From positions 103,546 through 167,545 of the forward strand of contig NMRA01000319.1 in assembly GCA_002633005.1 (NCBI GenBank): a DNA stretch of 64,000 nt. Reading direction: 5' to 3'. Shown piece after piece: positions 48,960-60,800 of this stretch. The DNA is from Phoronis australis. Taxonomy: Eukaryota > Animalia > Phoronida. Below the pieces are notes generated by a model. It saw only the letters and a program-made list of their open reading frames with translations, ran no database searches and was not told the origin of the DNA. How positions within the stretch are numbered: position 1 is the first letter of the stretch; the number at the start of each line of letters is the position of its first letter. The position numbers were made by a program, and so were the translations under genes.

Positions 48960-51900
48960 CTGAGGGTATACCGAAGCTGTTCTGTACCTGGCGGGAGACT
49001 CGATTTACTTGAAAGCCCTTTAACCTTTGACCTTGGATAAGTGCTAAACAAATATCCAAGCGGTTGTGCGGTTCCAAGGTGGTTCTGCTAAATCTTTTTT
49101 TTCTCGCTACGCAGTGTATATTTCGTATTTGAAGTTCCCCGAGAATGAAGATAAGGTATTTTGCTAGACACAAGTGAAATTTTGTAAAAATGGCCAATTT
49201 TTGTGAATAAGGTTGGAAATATCCTTAAATTGCAAACCCAAAATGTCGAGTGTATGCAATTCCTGTGACTCTGACGGCTCTTTTAACAATAATTCAAGAT
49301 TGAGTGAGCGTGGTAATGTTTTAAACCCCAAAGCGTCAGGGATAAATTCAAAACTGAGAGCGTTGAGTAGAGACGAAATACAGCTTCAAGTGATGTCAGG
49401 AATGTCTAAGAGATGGTTGTTGAGGAGTACATCATCATACATTAAAATCAAAAGACAGGCTCACTGCGATAAACAAAGCTGAAGTTGACATTGCGTGAGT
49501 TAAATGGCCGGTCTTCATTCGAGTCCAATCTGGATATTAAATCTTAAAAATGTGTCGATAATTAACCACAGGGACGTAAAAAATACATCAGAGAACAAGT
49601 CAATGCACCAAAGAGTTGTCTGACGAAAGGGTATAAGCTTTTTCCGGAAAATAGGTTTAAAACATGAAAAGTATCCTCGTCAATCTCTGGCAGTATCCTG
49701 AGTGACTGTGGTCCCGATATTCTATCTGATTTAAAATACACCAAAGGTCTCCGTATTGGACACCTTAATATAGTGTCGCTAACTGACCGAATTGATGATC
49801 TGCGTTTTATTATGAGTCAAAAACCCATCGATATTCTTTGCTTGTATGAAACACGGCTCTCTAATATCATCGATGATTCTGAGATCGCCATCGACGGCTT
49901 TGAATTGAATAGGAACGACCGTAACAGGAAAGGTGGTGGTGTTGCCATCTACACGAAAGAGGGACTGACCAGCCGTCAGCTCCAGCACCATGACGAACAG
50001 GTGGAGTCGCTCTGGGTTGAGATTGATATTCCTAAATCGAAGAATTTGATTATCGGTTCAGTCTACAGACCACCCTCTGCAAACGCAGAATACACAGAAA
50101 AATTGACTGATCATTTAAAAAATATTGTTCATAATCAAGCTCACACTGGCAAAGATTTTATTGTTACTGGTGATTTTAATTATGATGTATTGTGTAAGAA
50201 GACAGTGAGTAAGATTAGGGCATGGGAACGAGAGTTGGGTATGAAGAATATTATTAACGTGCCCACAAGGGTTACCGACAAAACTTCCACATGCCTTGAT
50301 CTTATTCTTGTATCAAACGTTGACAAAGTTTTTACATTTGATAGTATACCCATTGGGATTAGTGATCATAATCTTGTATTCACATCGTATAAGACTTGTC
50401 GCCCTAGGTTTCCGCCACGTATCATTACCAAGCGTTCATATCGCACCTTCGATAACGAAGACTTTCTCAGAGATCTACAGGCGATTGATTGGGGCGCCGT
50501 TACCACCGCTGTTGACCCCGATGCCGCTTGGACGATTTTCAAACAAAGTTTCATTAGAGTAATTAATAATCATGCTCCCGTAATCCAATTGAAATTAAAG
50601 GGCAAATCACCCGAGTGGTATAATGATAACCTCATAGCTCTCTCTCGCAAGAGAGATTACCTGAAGCGAATAGCTCAGCGTACTCGAAATTCATCTGACT
50701 GGGGTATCTTTAAGAAAGCTAGAAATAAGGTAAACAATGCTCTTAAACGGGCTAAGGCCGATTATTACGACCAAGTTATTAATGAAAACAAATCTAACGG
50801 GAAAACTCTCTGGAAAATCATAAAATCAATTTTACCTAACAAGTCCAAGTCTGTCGCAAATGAATTTAGAATTGGAAACGATTTTGTTTCGGACAAAAGG
50901 AAAATAGCAAATGCATTTAATGACTTTTTTACTGGCATCGGCCAAAAACTTGCTGAGAATTTCACTATGTCAACTATTGAGCTCCCACCCAAGAAACAAG
51001 AGGGAATATCATTTAAGTTTCAAGACATTCAAGTTGACTACGTCCGAGAACAAATAAAAACTTTGAACTCTAGTAGTGCCAGTGGCATCGATAGCATTGA
51101 TGCCAAACTATTAAAACTGGCGTCTCAACAAATAGCTGAGCCCCTTACCAACATCATGAATTTAAGTTTAAAAACGGCCACAATTCCTAGAGAATGGAAG
51201 ATGGCAGTTGTTACTCCTGTTTTTAAAGATGGTGAAAAGTCAAGTTGCGAAAATTATAGACCAATATCGGTCCTCCCTGCAGTGTCCAAAATTCTTGAAA
51301 GGTGTGTTCAAAAGCAGCTTCACCAGTTCCTGGAGCAAAATTCCCTTCTCTCGGCAGCACAGTCTGGTTTCCGCCCCTTGCATTCCACTCTTACTACAAA
51401 TATTCATGCTACTGAGTTTATCTTTAATAATATGGATCAGGGGAGGCTAACTGGTGCTGTCTTTGTTGACCTTAAGAAAGCCTTTGACACTGTGGACCAT
51501 GGTATCCTATTGCAGAAACTAGAGTCATATGGAGTTAATGATAACGAACTCCTTTGGTTTAGAAACTACTTATACGACCGTAAACAGGCCACCAAATACG
51601 GTGGTATACTTTCTGACTACTCAACCGTAATCACGGGGGTACCTCAGGGTTCCATTTTGGGCCCTCTATTATTCACTATTTTTGTTAACGACCTCCCTAC
51701 GGTCCTCCACAACAGTGTCCCAGTTTTATACGCTGATGACACTGCAATTATGTCCACAGCTGGATCGGTTAATGAACTCGAAACTTCTCTCAACAATGAG
51801 CTAGCCATTATCCATGACTGGCTGATTCAAAATAAACTCACTCTTAACGTTAGTAAAACCAAGTCGATGCTGTTTGGAACCCACCAGAAATTAAAGCAAC

Positions 51901-52870
51901 AAAAACTATCCCTTTCTATCAACGGTTCTCCCATCGAGAATGTTGACAAGTTTAAGTACTTGGGCCTTATTTTAGATCCCAATCTTAAATTTAATATGCA
52001 CATAGATCATATCACAAAGAAATTATCAAAGAAAATCGGTGTACTTAAACGTCTAGGCAAATTTCTTAATGTCCGTACCCTTAAGACCCTTTACCATTGT
52101 ATTATTCAGCCTCATATTGATTATTGTTTACCGGTTTGGGGGCACACTAGTGACACACTTGTAAACAAAGTCCAAGTAATCCAAAATAGAGCCGCCAGGG
52201 CTATCCTGGGTACTAAAATTAGGGACACTAGGGTTGACGACTTGTACTCCAAGCTGGGATTTATGAAAGTAAGACAAAGAAATAAATATCTCTCTGCCTG
52301 TTGTATATACAGATGTATCAATGGCTTGGCTCCAGCATATCTCAGCAGTAAATTCAATAGCAGTCAGGCTGTTTATTCTACACGTTCTTCTGTTGCTGGC
52401 AATGTTTCTTCTAAAAAAAATTAAAACCGAGACTGGCAAGAGATCTTTTATCTATGCAGCTGCTATAATATGGAATTCTTTTAGCCCAGAAATTAAATGG
52501 TCCAACTCAATTACTACCTTTAAAGTTAATTATAAAAAGTGTCTGTAATTTACTTAACCTTTTATACCCTGCCTATCTTAATCATGTTTTTTTTTTTAAT
52601 TATCGTAAATACTCTCATTGTCTAGAGTCATCTCTTAATTTATTTCATCTGTCTTAGTTATTTTTTTACCATTATTTGTCATTTAATTATTGTCTTAATT
52701 CTCAACCTTAACTGTTTTAATTGTATCTTTGTTACGTATATTTCATTGTTATTTTATTACTTCATTGTATTATATTACTGTTTTTCTTGTTGAGGGCCCT
52801 CTTGGAAAGCAGTGCTATCACTGAAGAGGCCACCCTCATTTTAAATATCACAATAATAAATAAATAAAAA
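48960..52870 (+). mobile_element. CR1/L2-group LINE, near-complete ORF2 with 3' UTR, stem-loop and (AAAT)n tail
   Basis: APE endonuclease plus RT ORF. A T-rich 3' UTR is followed by the hairpin agggccctctt...aagaggccaccct and an aataaataaataaaaa tail. The 5' boundary is uncertain and no intact ORF1 was recognised. Confidence 0.92.
49773..52548 (+). CDS. LINE ORF2: apurinic-like endonuclease plus reverse transcriptase (one frameshift near the C-terminus)
   Basis: EN motifs: LRIGHLNI (in frame just upstream of 49773), GGGVAIY, VYRPP, GDFN, SDH. RT motifs: NYRPIS, QSGFR, DLKKAFDTVDH, GVPQGSILGPLLF, YADD, KYLG. The C-terminal KRSFIYAAAIIWNS lies in the +1 frame after the A8 run at 52413-52420. 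Confidence 0.93.
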
Positions 52871-54770
52871 GTAAGTATGACCAAATTGCGGCGATCGACG
52901 TGTTACGGCTAGGTAAATGTATTATGCTGAATGCAGGGTTACGTTTCTTCTTGTAAATTGTTGATAAAAATGCTAATTTCTACACGAACCAGTTCGTCTG
53001 CTCTTGTTGTTGACGAGTTGATGAAATATTCGACAGCATTATGCTGTCATGTGCATCTGGTTTAATTTGTTGATCAAGAATATTAACATCAAGCATAGCC
53101 TAGGTCCTGGTGAGGCAGGGACTACCGGGACTAACAGTTGATTTGTCATTGATCTGAAAGAATAATTGATGTAATTAAATATAATTTTATTAAAATAAAA
53201 AACCTGGCTCTTAATTGAAAATAAAAATTATTTGACCATCAGTTCTGCTTTCTTGGTTTTAATAATTCTTATATTACGTCTATTCCATGTGTTAGGTTTC
53301 AAATATCAATACCAAGTTGAATTTTAAAATTAAAACGCGTACCCAATTCTTTCGTCTAAAGCATAACCTCGTTTTAGAGCTCAATTTCAGTTAACAGGAC
53401 AGAGCAAGCATAGTTACCATGTTTCTTCAGGGGCCTCTATTCATCCGAAGGGAAAGATGCTTGTGCCTTCAAGAGGGGGATTTTTTCGCCGAGTGACGGA
53501 AAAATCTAGCTCCCGATCACCATCAATAGGACCCCGCCCTGTTGCAAGCTCTCATAGGCTATGTCTCAAATAACATTTTGTGTTCTTTCAAATTGCCAAC
53601 TGTGTGGTTACACGGTTACACTCCAGGTGATTTGAACTTCGAAGAGAAATTTCCAATCATTTTTTTAGGAATTTCGCATGATTTTTTAATATTTTTAGAG
53701 GGAAATAGAGCCGATATTCGGCCCCAAAATCGAGGAATTGAGGGCCCTGTCCTTTTTGGAAAGAAAAATGCATCATGAAATCACACTGTGCCTGGCTTGC
53801 CGAAGATTTTCCAGTCGTCATTACTCGGCAACGAGATGCTATCAAATATGATCTAACTTTTCGAAATCATTTATAAACTTTACACGGACATATTTTCTTT
53901 CGACGCGGCGTATGGCAACGACCCAGCGCTTCTGAATCTCAGCGTCCTTAGCCGGAGATTGTAAAACAGACACTTGAATGTCCGTATTTTTCCGAGCCGT
54001 TCGACACAGCTATTGTTTTGGAACTCGCCTCCTGTCGGCGTGAATTAGGTCTCATAGAACTCTCGTAAATGAGTCTTGAAGTGCGGAGACTCACCAACAA
54101 AGGTCACGTTCACGTTCCTGTGAAGGTTTATGCCAACGTGAGTTCCGTAGTCCCGCCAAATATCAAGAATAGATGCATTAAACCTTGGTAATCTAAAGAA
54201 TTGGTCAGCTCAACTGAAGGTTTTTTGAGTGCTTTGGGAACATTAGTGTTCTTGATTTTGCAGCAAAATGTGTTCTCATATTCGCGACTTCGAAAGTCAT
54301 CGCGCTGCGTGCTTATTCTAACCTGGGAATGTATGTAGCTGTTACATCCTGGTATAAAAGACAAGTTGTTCAAATTGTTTTTATTGGTGAGAATTATCTC
54401 TTTTTACTTGAACATGCTCAGTGTTCGATAAGCATGATGGTAAATTAATCTCATGACCTTGACTGGCAGTCAGCATCTTCTTGCTCACGATGGCTCTTGT
54501 TTAAAAGCCCTGTTCCATATAATTAAATTCACTAGAGCCAACTGTAGTGTTCACTTTGAGCGCTCACATCAACTCCGGAGTTAAAGTTCAGCAAAGTTAT
54601 CGAAAGACGGCGCTAATATGACCGTCATTTTTTTGCAAATCTTGTTATCTGTGTGCGTGGGAAGCTCCTGCTTTAGAACGAGGTTATGATCGAAAGTAGT
54701 TGTCTGCATCGCCTCAGATCTCAACCTCCCAGTGCAGCTGTTCTTCTGATAACCAAGTACTTAAATAACG

Positions 54771-54965
54771 AGGAAGTGTGAGTTAGTGTGACAAGTGGTC
54801 GCTGTTTTTACTCAAGGTCGTGCGTTCGAGTCTAACTGGGACACACCGCTATACCCTTGAGTCAGGTATCTAGCTCCCCTGCTTGGTTTATAACTATATT
54901 AAAAAAACACAAAAATGGTTCCAGGTGATCAGTGCATTGGGCTCACATGGGCGGCCTTCGCACGT
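54771..54965 (+). mobile_element. tRNA-derived SINE, copy 2 (more diverged head)
   Basis: caaggtcgtgcgttcgagtc B-box region; the body is collinear with 21481..21675. Confidence 0.78.
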
Positions 54966-55219
54966 GTACTAGACCGCCTGCAATTACAGTGTACTTATTT
55001 TTTAAGTATTTAAAGAATCAAAAACCTGCCAATGTATTGTTAACGATTGATTTGTACAGGTGTTTAGTTAGGTTTACCTGAAATTCAAATACATACTCAG
55101 GAGCAACACAATATTAATCGTTAATATACATGTACATGTAATCTCCAAAAATAGTTCACACGTCTACTTAATTTCTTGTAACGACCTCATTTCCGTTATG
55201 CCATAATCTTCTTTGTATT

Positions 55220-56380
55220 TTGACTAACAGCAAGCAGGATGTCCAAGTATTAAAATCCCGTTCCCATTTCTTACAGAAATACTGTATTTGGAAGTGCTCC
55301 CTTTGCAAGGGACGGCTGACGACACCAAGACTATTGCCTTGCCTGCATTCATTTTGTGAAACGTGTTTAGATAATTACATAAAAGCGAATGCGTCAAACA
55401 ACTCATTTGTATGCAACTCGTGTAAGACAAGGACAGTTGTTCCAGATGAAGGCGCAAGAGGTTTTAAAATCAACGTTTACGTTGATCAAGTTAATAAAAT
55501 TTTCCCCGGTTGTGAAGCGGTCGACTGTGATATTTGTAAAACTACGGAACGAAGTGTTGTAGCGGTCTCCATGTGCATAGAATGCCGAGATCTCTTATGC
55601 CCTGAATGTACACAAGGACACTGCAGGTCTAAGTTAACTCTGAACCACCATGTTGTTAGCTTGAACGAAGTGGCCAGTGGACAGCACACGGAGGAAATTC
55701 GTCGTCATCAGAAAGTCTATTGCTCCATTCACACAGAGAAAGTGTTAGAGATCTTCTGTGAAACTTGTGAACACCCGGTTTGTGGACTTTGCCATACTTT
55801 TTCTCACAGTCAGCATAAAGTACGAGATATTGCTGAGGCAGGCAAGCACGCTACTGATGATCTAAAGAATCTGTTAGGACCGTGGGAAAACGCTACCGAT
55901 CATTGCCGAATGGTATATGAAAAACGGGTCGATAGTGATCGAGAATTAGACCGGCGTCATGTCAAGTGTTTGGAAGACATAAGAAGCGTTTACAGTGCGT
56001 TTAAAACAAAAGTTCTGAGGGAGGTCCAGACATGTGAACAAGACGCCATTGATCAACTGGAAAAGCAAGTAGTTGCCATCAAGAAACGAGCAGAAGTAGC
56101 GCGCGATGAGGCTGAGTTGAACAAAGTGAAGTATTCAGACGTTTTGATGTACACCAATAACATCATCGAGTCAGCCAATGACACCGAATTACTACAGCAG
56201 TTCCCGGAAATCAAGTCTAGACTTGAAAATTTGAATGGCGAAACTCTTGAGACCAAAGTGGATAAAGCGTTTTTCAGTTTAAAGCCAGGTAAACTTCCAA
56301 TTCCAGATCTGAGTATTCAAGTAACGTCAAAGTTTGAATCAGAACAGCTTAGTCTGTCAGTCGTGCAAAAACGAAACTGA
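55220..56380 (+). CDS. TRIM/RBCC E3 ubiquitin ligase-like protein (RING, B-box1, B-box2, coiled coil; TRIM56/TRIM45-like)
   Basis: RING: CSLC..PRLLPCLHSFCETCL..CNSC. B-box1: CDIC..CIECRDLLCPECTQGHCRSKLTLNHHV. B-box2: CSIH..FCETCEHPVCGLC..HSQH. A long helical region follows. There is no in-frame ATG before the RING, so the start probably lies in an upstream exon (acceptors at ~55229 or ~55275). Confidence 0.9.
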   Translation: MTNSKQDVQVLKSRSHFLQKYCIWKCSLCKGRLTTPRLLPCLHSFCETCLDNYIKANASNNSFVCNSCKTRTVVPDEGARGFKINVYVDQVNKIFPGCEAVDCDICKTTERSVVAVSMCIECRDLLCPECTQGHCRSKLTLNHHVVSLNEVASGQHTEEIRRHQKVYCSIHTEKVLEIFCETCEHPVCGLCHTFSHSQHKVRDIAEAGKHATDDLKNLLGPWENATDHCRMVYEKRVDSDRELDRRHVKCLEDIRSVYSAFKTKVLREVQTCEQDAIDQLEKQVVAIKKRAEVARDEAELNKVKYSDVLMYTNNIIESANDTELLQQFPEIKSRLENLNGETLETKVDKAFFSLKPGKLPIPDLSIQVTSKFESEQLSLSVVQKRN

Positions 56381-56879
56381 TGTGAAATGGCAAGCACAAG
56401 CAAACGTTGTATGGCAGATCAGTGATATGGCAAGTACATACCCACATTATGAAACAGCCTTAACGCCACCTTGTGACGAGTCAGCCGGAGGCGCTTGCTA
56501 CCTTGTCATTTGTAACTACATGTACAAATCATTCATCGACTCTTGACAGCCAAGAAACTTGGTCAAGAGATTAGTTCACCGTGAGTTTTGGCTTGCAGCC
56601 TCGAACGACTAGCACGTTGTCTTTATAAAACCCTTGTCTGCACTGTAGTGTACTTTTAGTATCACACGGGCATCTCAGTAAATTCCACCATATTCGCCAT
56701 TTTGAAATCTATCCATAATTCGAAAGTCAAGCCATCTCAAGTAACACTTAAATCAAAATACCCAGCACGCCTCCATTTTTTTATTGAAATTGGGGGAGAT
56801 AAACTCCAATCCACCCTAGCTCAAAAAGTATTGAGCGTCATATGTGTCAAACCAAGTTGCTGTACGTGTAAGTCCTATA

Positions 56880-57840
56880 AGCTTCAAGGAAAATAGTGAA
56901 ACTAACAGCTTATTCATACTGTAGAGCATGCTGAGTAAAATTACTGTTTTAAAATCTTTGGTAATTCAAAAAACTGTGCGTCCACTTACTCTATTACCCA
57001 GCTCACCTGCCTCAGTTTTAAAGGAATTCAATTCAAAATTCTTCAGAGTTAAATGGGACGATAAGGTAGACAAAAATAAAAGAGATGTTTTGGTTTGCAC
57101 GATAGAAGCGGGTGGGTTTAAGTGTTAAATATTATGTTATTCAACAAAGCTCTGAAGTTGACTTCGATTGAGAGGTTGGTTCCCACAAACTCTAAATGGA
57201 TAAACATGTTTGAAATCGAGACGGCTTTAGAAGTCAGACAAGTGATTGTTTAATACGATGATTACCACAAAAGCAAACCGGTTATCAAAACCCTTTTGGA
57301 TTGAAACACTGGATCATTGGTCGAGCCTAATTTTTAAAACAGAAAAATAATTATTCTTGTATTGCAGAAAATGTGTTATCCACAAGTCTATGGTATAGCA
57401 GTGAAATACAAGTAGGAGGCGAGACCGTATTTTGTGTACGCTGACGAAGGCCTTCTGAATGAGCTCAATTGTTTTCAATCGTACTGTGAAATCAAGAATT
57501 TTTGTTCAGATCCAATTTTAGATTATGCTTCACTAATTAAATTTATTAAATTGTTTCTGATTAAGTTGTCTGTAGATTGTAATGTGTAGCATGAGACCAT
57601 TGGTACGTTGATGCCATTAAATATTTGTGATATTGTTAACAGCTCAGGCTCAGAGGAGGTAAATTTTTAAATTGGTATATGCTAACATGGAAAAAAATAC
57701 ATTTATTAAGCAAGATTCAAGATTGCGATGCCAAATATTTTTGGTTTCATTGGAATGTTGAAATGTGAATTCAACTGTCAGAAATTTCTGCTTTTGAAAA
57801 ACGTTTTTACAGAAGAATATAATAAGTTCTTGGCACAATT
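56880..57840 (+). mobile_element. Decayed L1/Tx1-clade ORF2 fragment (post-RT region)
   Basis: SKITVLKSLVIQK..LLPSSP..FFRVKWDDKVDKNKRDVL..EAGGFK matches the typical Tx1/L1 post-RT segment and the equivalent part of the fragment at ~900-1170. Many stops. Confidence 0.8.
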
Positions 57841-60800
57841 ATCCCATGACTTATCTGGCGAGCATTTCATGATTTATTAAAAACAACTTCGTGTGCACTT
57901 GTGTATGTTTGTGTGTAAGAATGTTCTTTCCATTCATATATATGCGCTGTACGTTTCTTTAGTTCATTCAATACATATTAAAAAAGAGAAAACGTTATGG
58001 TAGCCCCACTGACGTTGTAGCGTCCCTTTTCATCAAATTCGATTTGAAGACCAGAGACAAAATTCGTAAAAGACTGTTTCATGAACAAAAAGTCGGTTTC
58101 TGGTCTGACGTGTGAATTAAGACCGAAATTAAGCCATCAGTTTTCCACGCTGAGAAAGCTTCCGCCATCTTGCCTATTCAGAAAACTAAATCGAGGCGAT
58201 GAGTTGATCTCAAAACTAAGTAGGCAATTTCAGTCTCGTTTACTTGAGAAGTTATTGATAAATAGGTGGTAAGCCGCACTGTATTTTTACTTGACAAACT
58301 TCTTTCGCGAATATCAGTAAATAATTTCATAAGTTTGGAAGAGAACACATAGATTAATTCTTATTAACACAACCAAGCAAACACACTGTACCTTGACAGT
58401 TTCGGCTATTCAGAGCAGTCAGCTTTGGAAGCTATTGGACACAAGGTGGCGTGGTGATGACACTGTTCCCAATTTTAGACAATTTATACCCCCCACCGTC
58501 TCTGTTCATTACTGAGCCACTTTTTCTCACCCAAGTAGACTCTTTCAATCCGTCTAGATCTCAAGTTATTTTCTGACTCAGCAGGACGAGCGTTTTTCCA
58601 CTTAATTACATGGTTAAAACCAACAGCATGGTCAGTCACTGCAGATTCGTTGATAGTGTTCTAAGACCATCTCCTCTCTGAACGCGTGACTCTACGCTGA
58701 GACAGCTCATCCACCTCCTTTATGCGTTCGTTAAGCCTGACTGAAAACTCTCGCCCAGTCTCCACGATGTATACAGACTCACAGTTGAGGCAAGGAATGC
58801 GATAAACACGCAAAGTATGTTGCTCTCACAGTATTTTTTTTCCTTTTTTTTTCTTTTTTCGCACTCAACAGGTCGCATTTTTTGTAAGATTCGCACAAAA
58901 TTTACGCGCAAACTCTATGTTACTTCCAGAATACCTGCAAGTTATGGACTTCCGATTTAAGATGGCGGAAATATTGGTCATTGAGTTTGAACACCTCGAT
59001 TTCAGGACGAAAACGTTTTCTCCTGTAGAGGGCGCATGGTAAAACCGACTGCTTCGAAATTTTTCGTGTCTTACTTTCCTCTGATTAGCTACCATCAAGT
59101 TTTGCTTAACCGGAAGTTGTATTCAAAATGGCGGAACTGGCGCATTTTCATAAATTTACAGTCGTCTGGGGTTTTATTTTGAACGGAATTAGGGTTAGGG
59201 TCGCGCTCTACAGTTAGCATTTTTTTCTCATTCGCATGAAATTCACGCACAACCTTTAGCTCCAGAATAGCTCGAAGCTTATTGTTTTTGTCATGATAAA
59301 ATTCAAGATGGCGGACGTGACAGCCATATTGTCTTCGATTTAAGACTCAAATGCTGAGTGAGGCCACAATTGTTGACGTACGCAGATGAAAATCTGTAAG
59401 GTTAATGCAGCTGCAATTGTTAACTTCTGGTCAAAGATGGCAGAAATATTGGTTGCTGTGTTTTTGATGCAGACGGCGCATTGTAAAACCAATTGATTCG
59501 AATAAGTTTTAGATTGTGTCTTTTTGGAATTTAATTATTTCTGTACTCGCTAGATCGTCGCTAAATACATGCACTATGTGAAATAAAATGTATTTACTGT
59601 ATTTTTTAAAATGATTCTAGGTGTGGCTATAACCGCATAACTACTGCCTTCACCCAATTGCAGAACTTAGGTGCATGCACCTATATGCGGTACATTTGAG
59701 TACAAAAATCTTACGAAAAAAAGCGATGATCCGCATTTAGGCGCAGGCCAGACAGCGCGTGCAACGTGAACCGCCGCCATATTAGTAGGGGGAAGACAAA
59801 AGTTAACAAAATCACGCTGGCCCGGCTATAGAAAATGGGAAATATCCAGGATAACTTTTTTAAATTCAAATGCTAGAGACGTTTTAAAATACTGCTAACA
59901 TAAAGAAAGCAATGTATACATGCAACCCACGGATTGCTTAAACGGTCAGTGCATAGACACAATTCTTAATTGTTTGGCTGAAATTCTCAGTGCTAGTAGG
60001 GCCAGAAAAGGTTTTGCCGGCTGTTGTCGAAATGACAATTCTAGCGAAATGTAGACATTTTACTACAGTTTGGAAAACATTTAATTTATACATTTATATT
60101 AGCTACGTGGGAATATACTTAACCTTTTCTTATTTATAGTTCTGTCCACAAACCGACAAGACGATCAGCTGTCAAGGAGGCTCTCGCGCCATTTAATCAC
60201 TGCATTTCCAAAATTTTTAGTCGTCTGTAGTTAACAAAAAGTGTCTTAGTGAAATCTAAAAACTTTAAGTCTTAAAAAACAGTCGGTAAACGCGTCGATT
60301 TTCCTCTTATTTATTCAATGTATGTCTCTCCCCAGTGTCTGAAAAGCAAACGAGAACTCCAGATTGGAGCGCAAAATCGCGCGTGGTTGAGCTGCATGCG
60401 AAAAAAGATGGTGAACGACCATTGGAGCCTGACGACGATAGGTATCTTGACCATAGTATCGAAAACTGTCCACCATTGTTTCTATGCTTTTATTTCCCCT
60501 CGACCTACATGCCGCATGCAAAACCGGCCCTAGACGCAATCAACAGAGTGGTTCAAATGCAAAATTTTCAGAAAGCCGAGTGCTGACTGAAATGAGTGAC
60601 AAACTGAGTGCGATTCTTGCAATGCTGCAACCAAACACAGAAATGAAATGAGGTTCGATTGTTACTTTTGGCCATGAATAAGTTCCCGTGGCCCCGTTAG
60701 GCCCTCTCACGCCCGTGCCAGCCACCACCTATTGGTCAGTGCTGATGAGCATAAACTAAATGCCTATTAAGTGACGTGTGTGGTGTTGAGTCAACTCTCA

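Noticed and set aside
58900-59800. Cluster of AAGATGGCGG (YY1-like) motifs as a promoter
   Set aside because: The motifs recur within internally repeated, MITE-like sequence and no adjacent gene start was identified.
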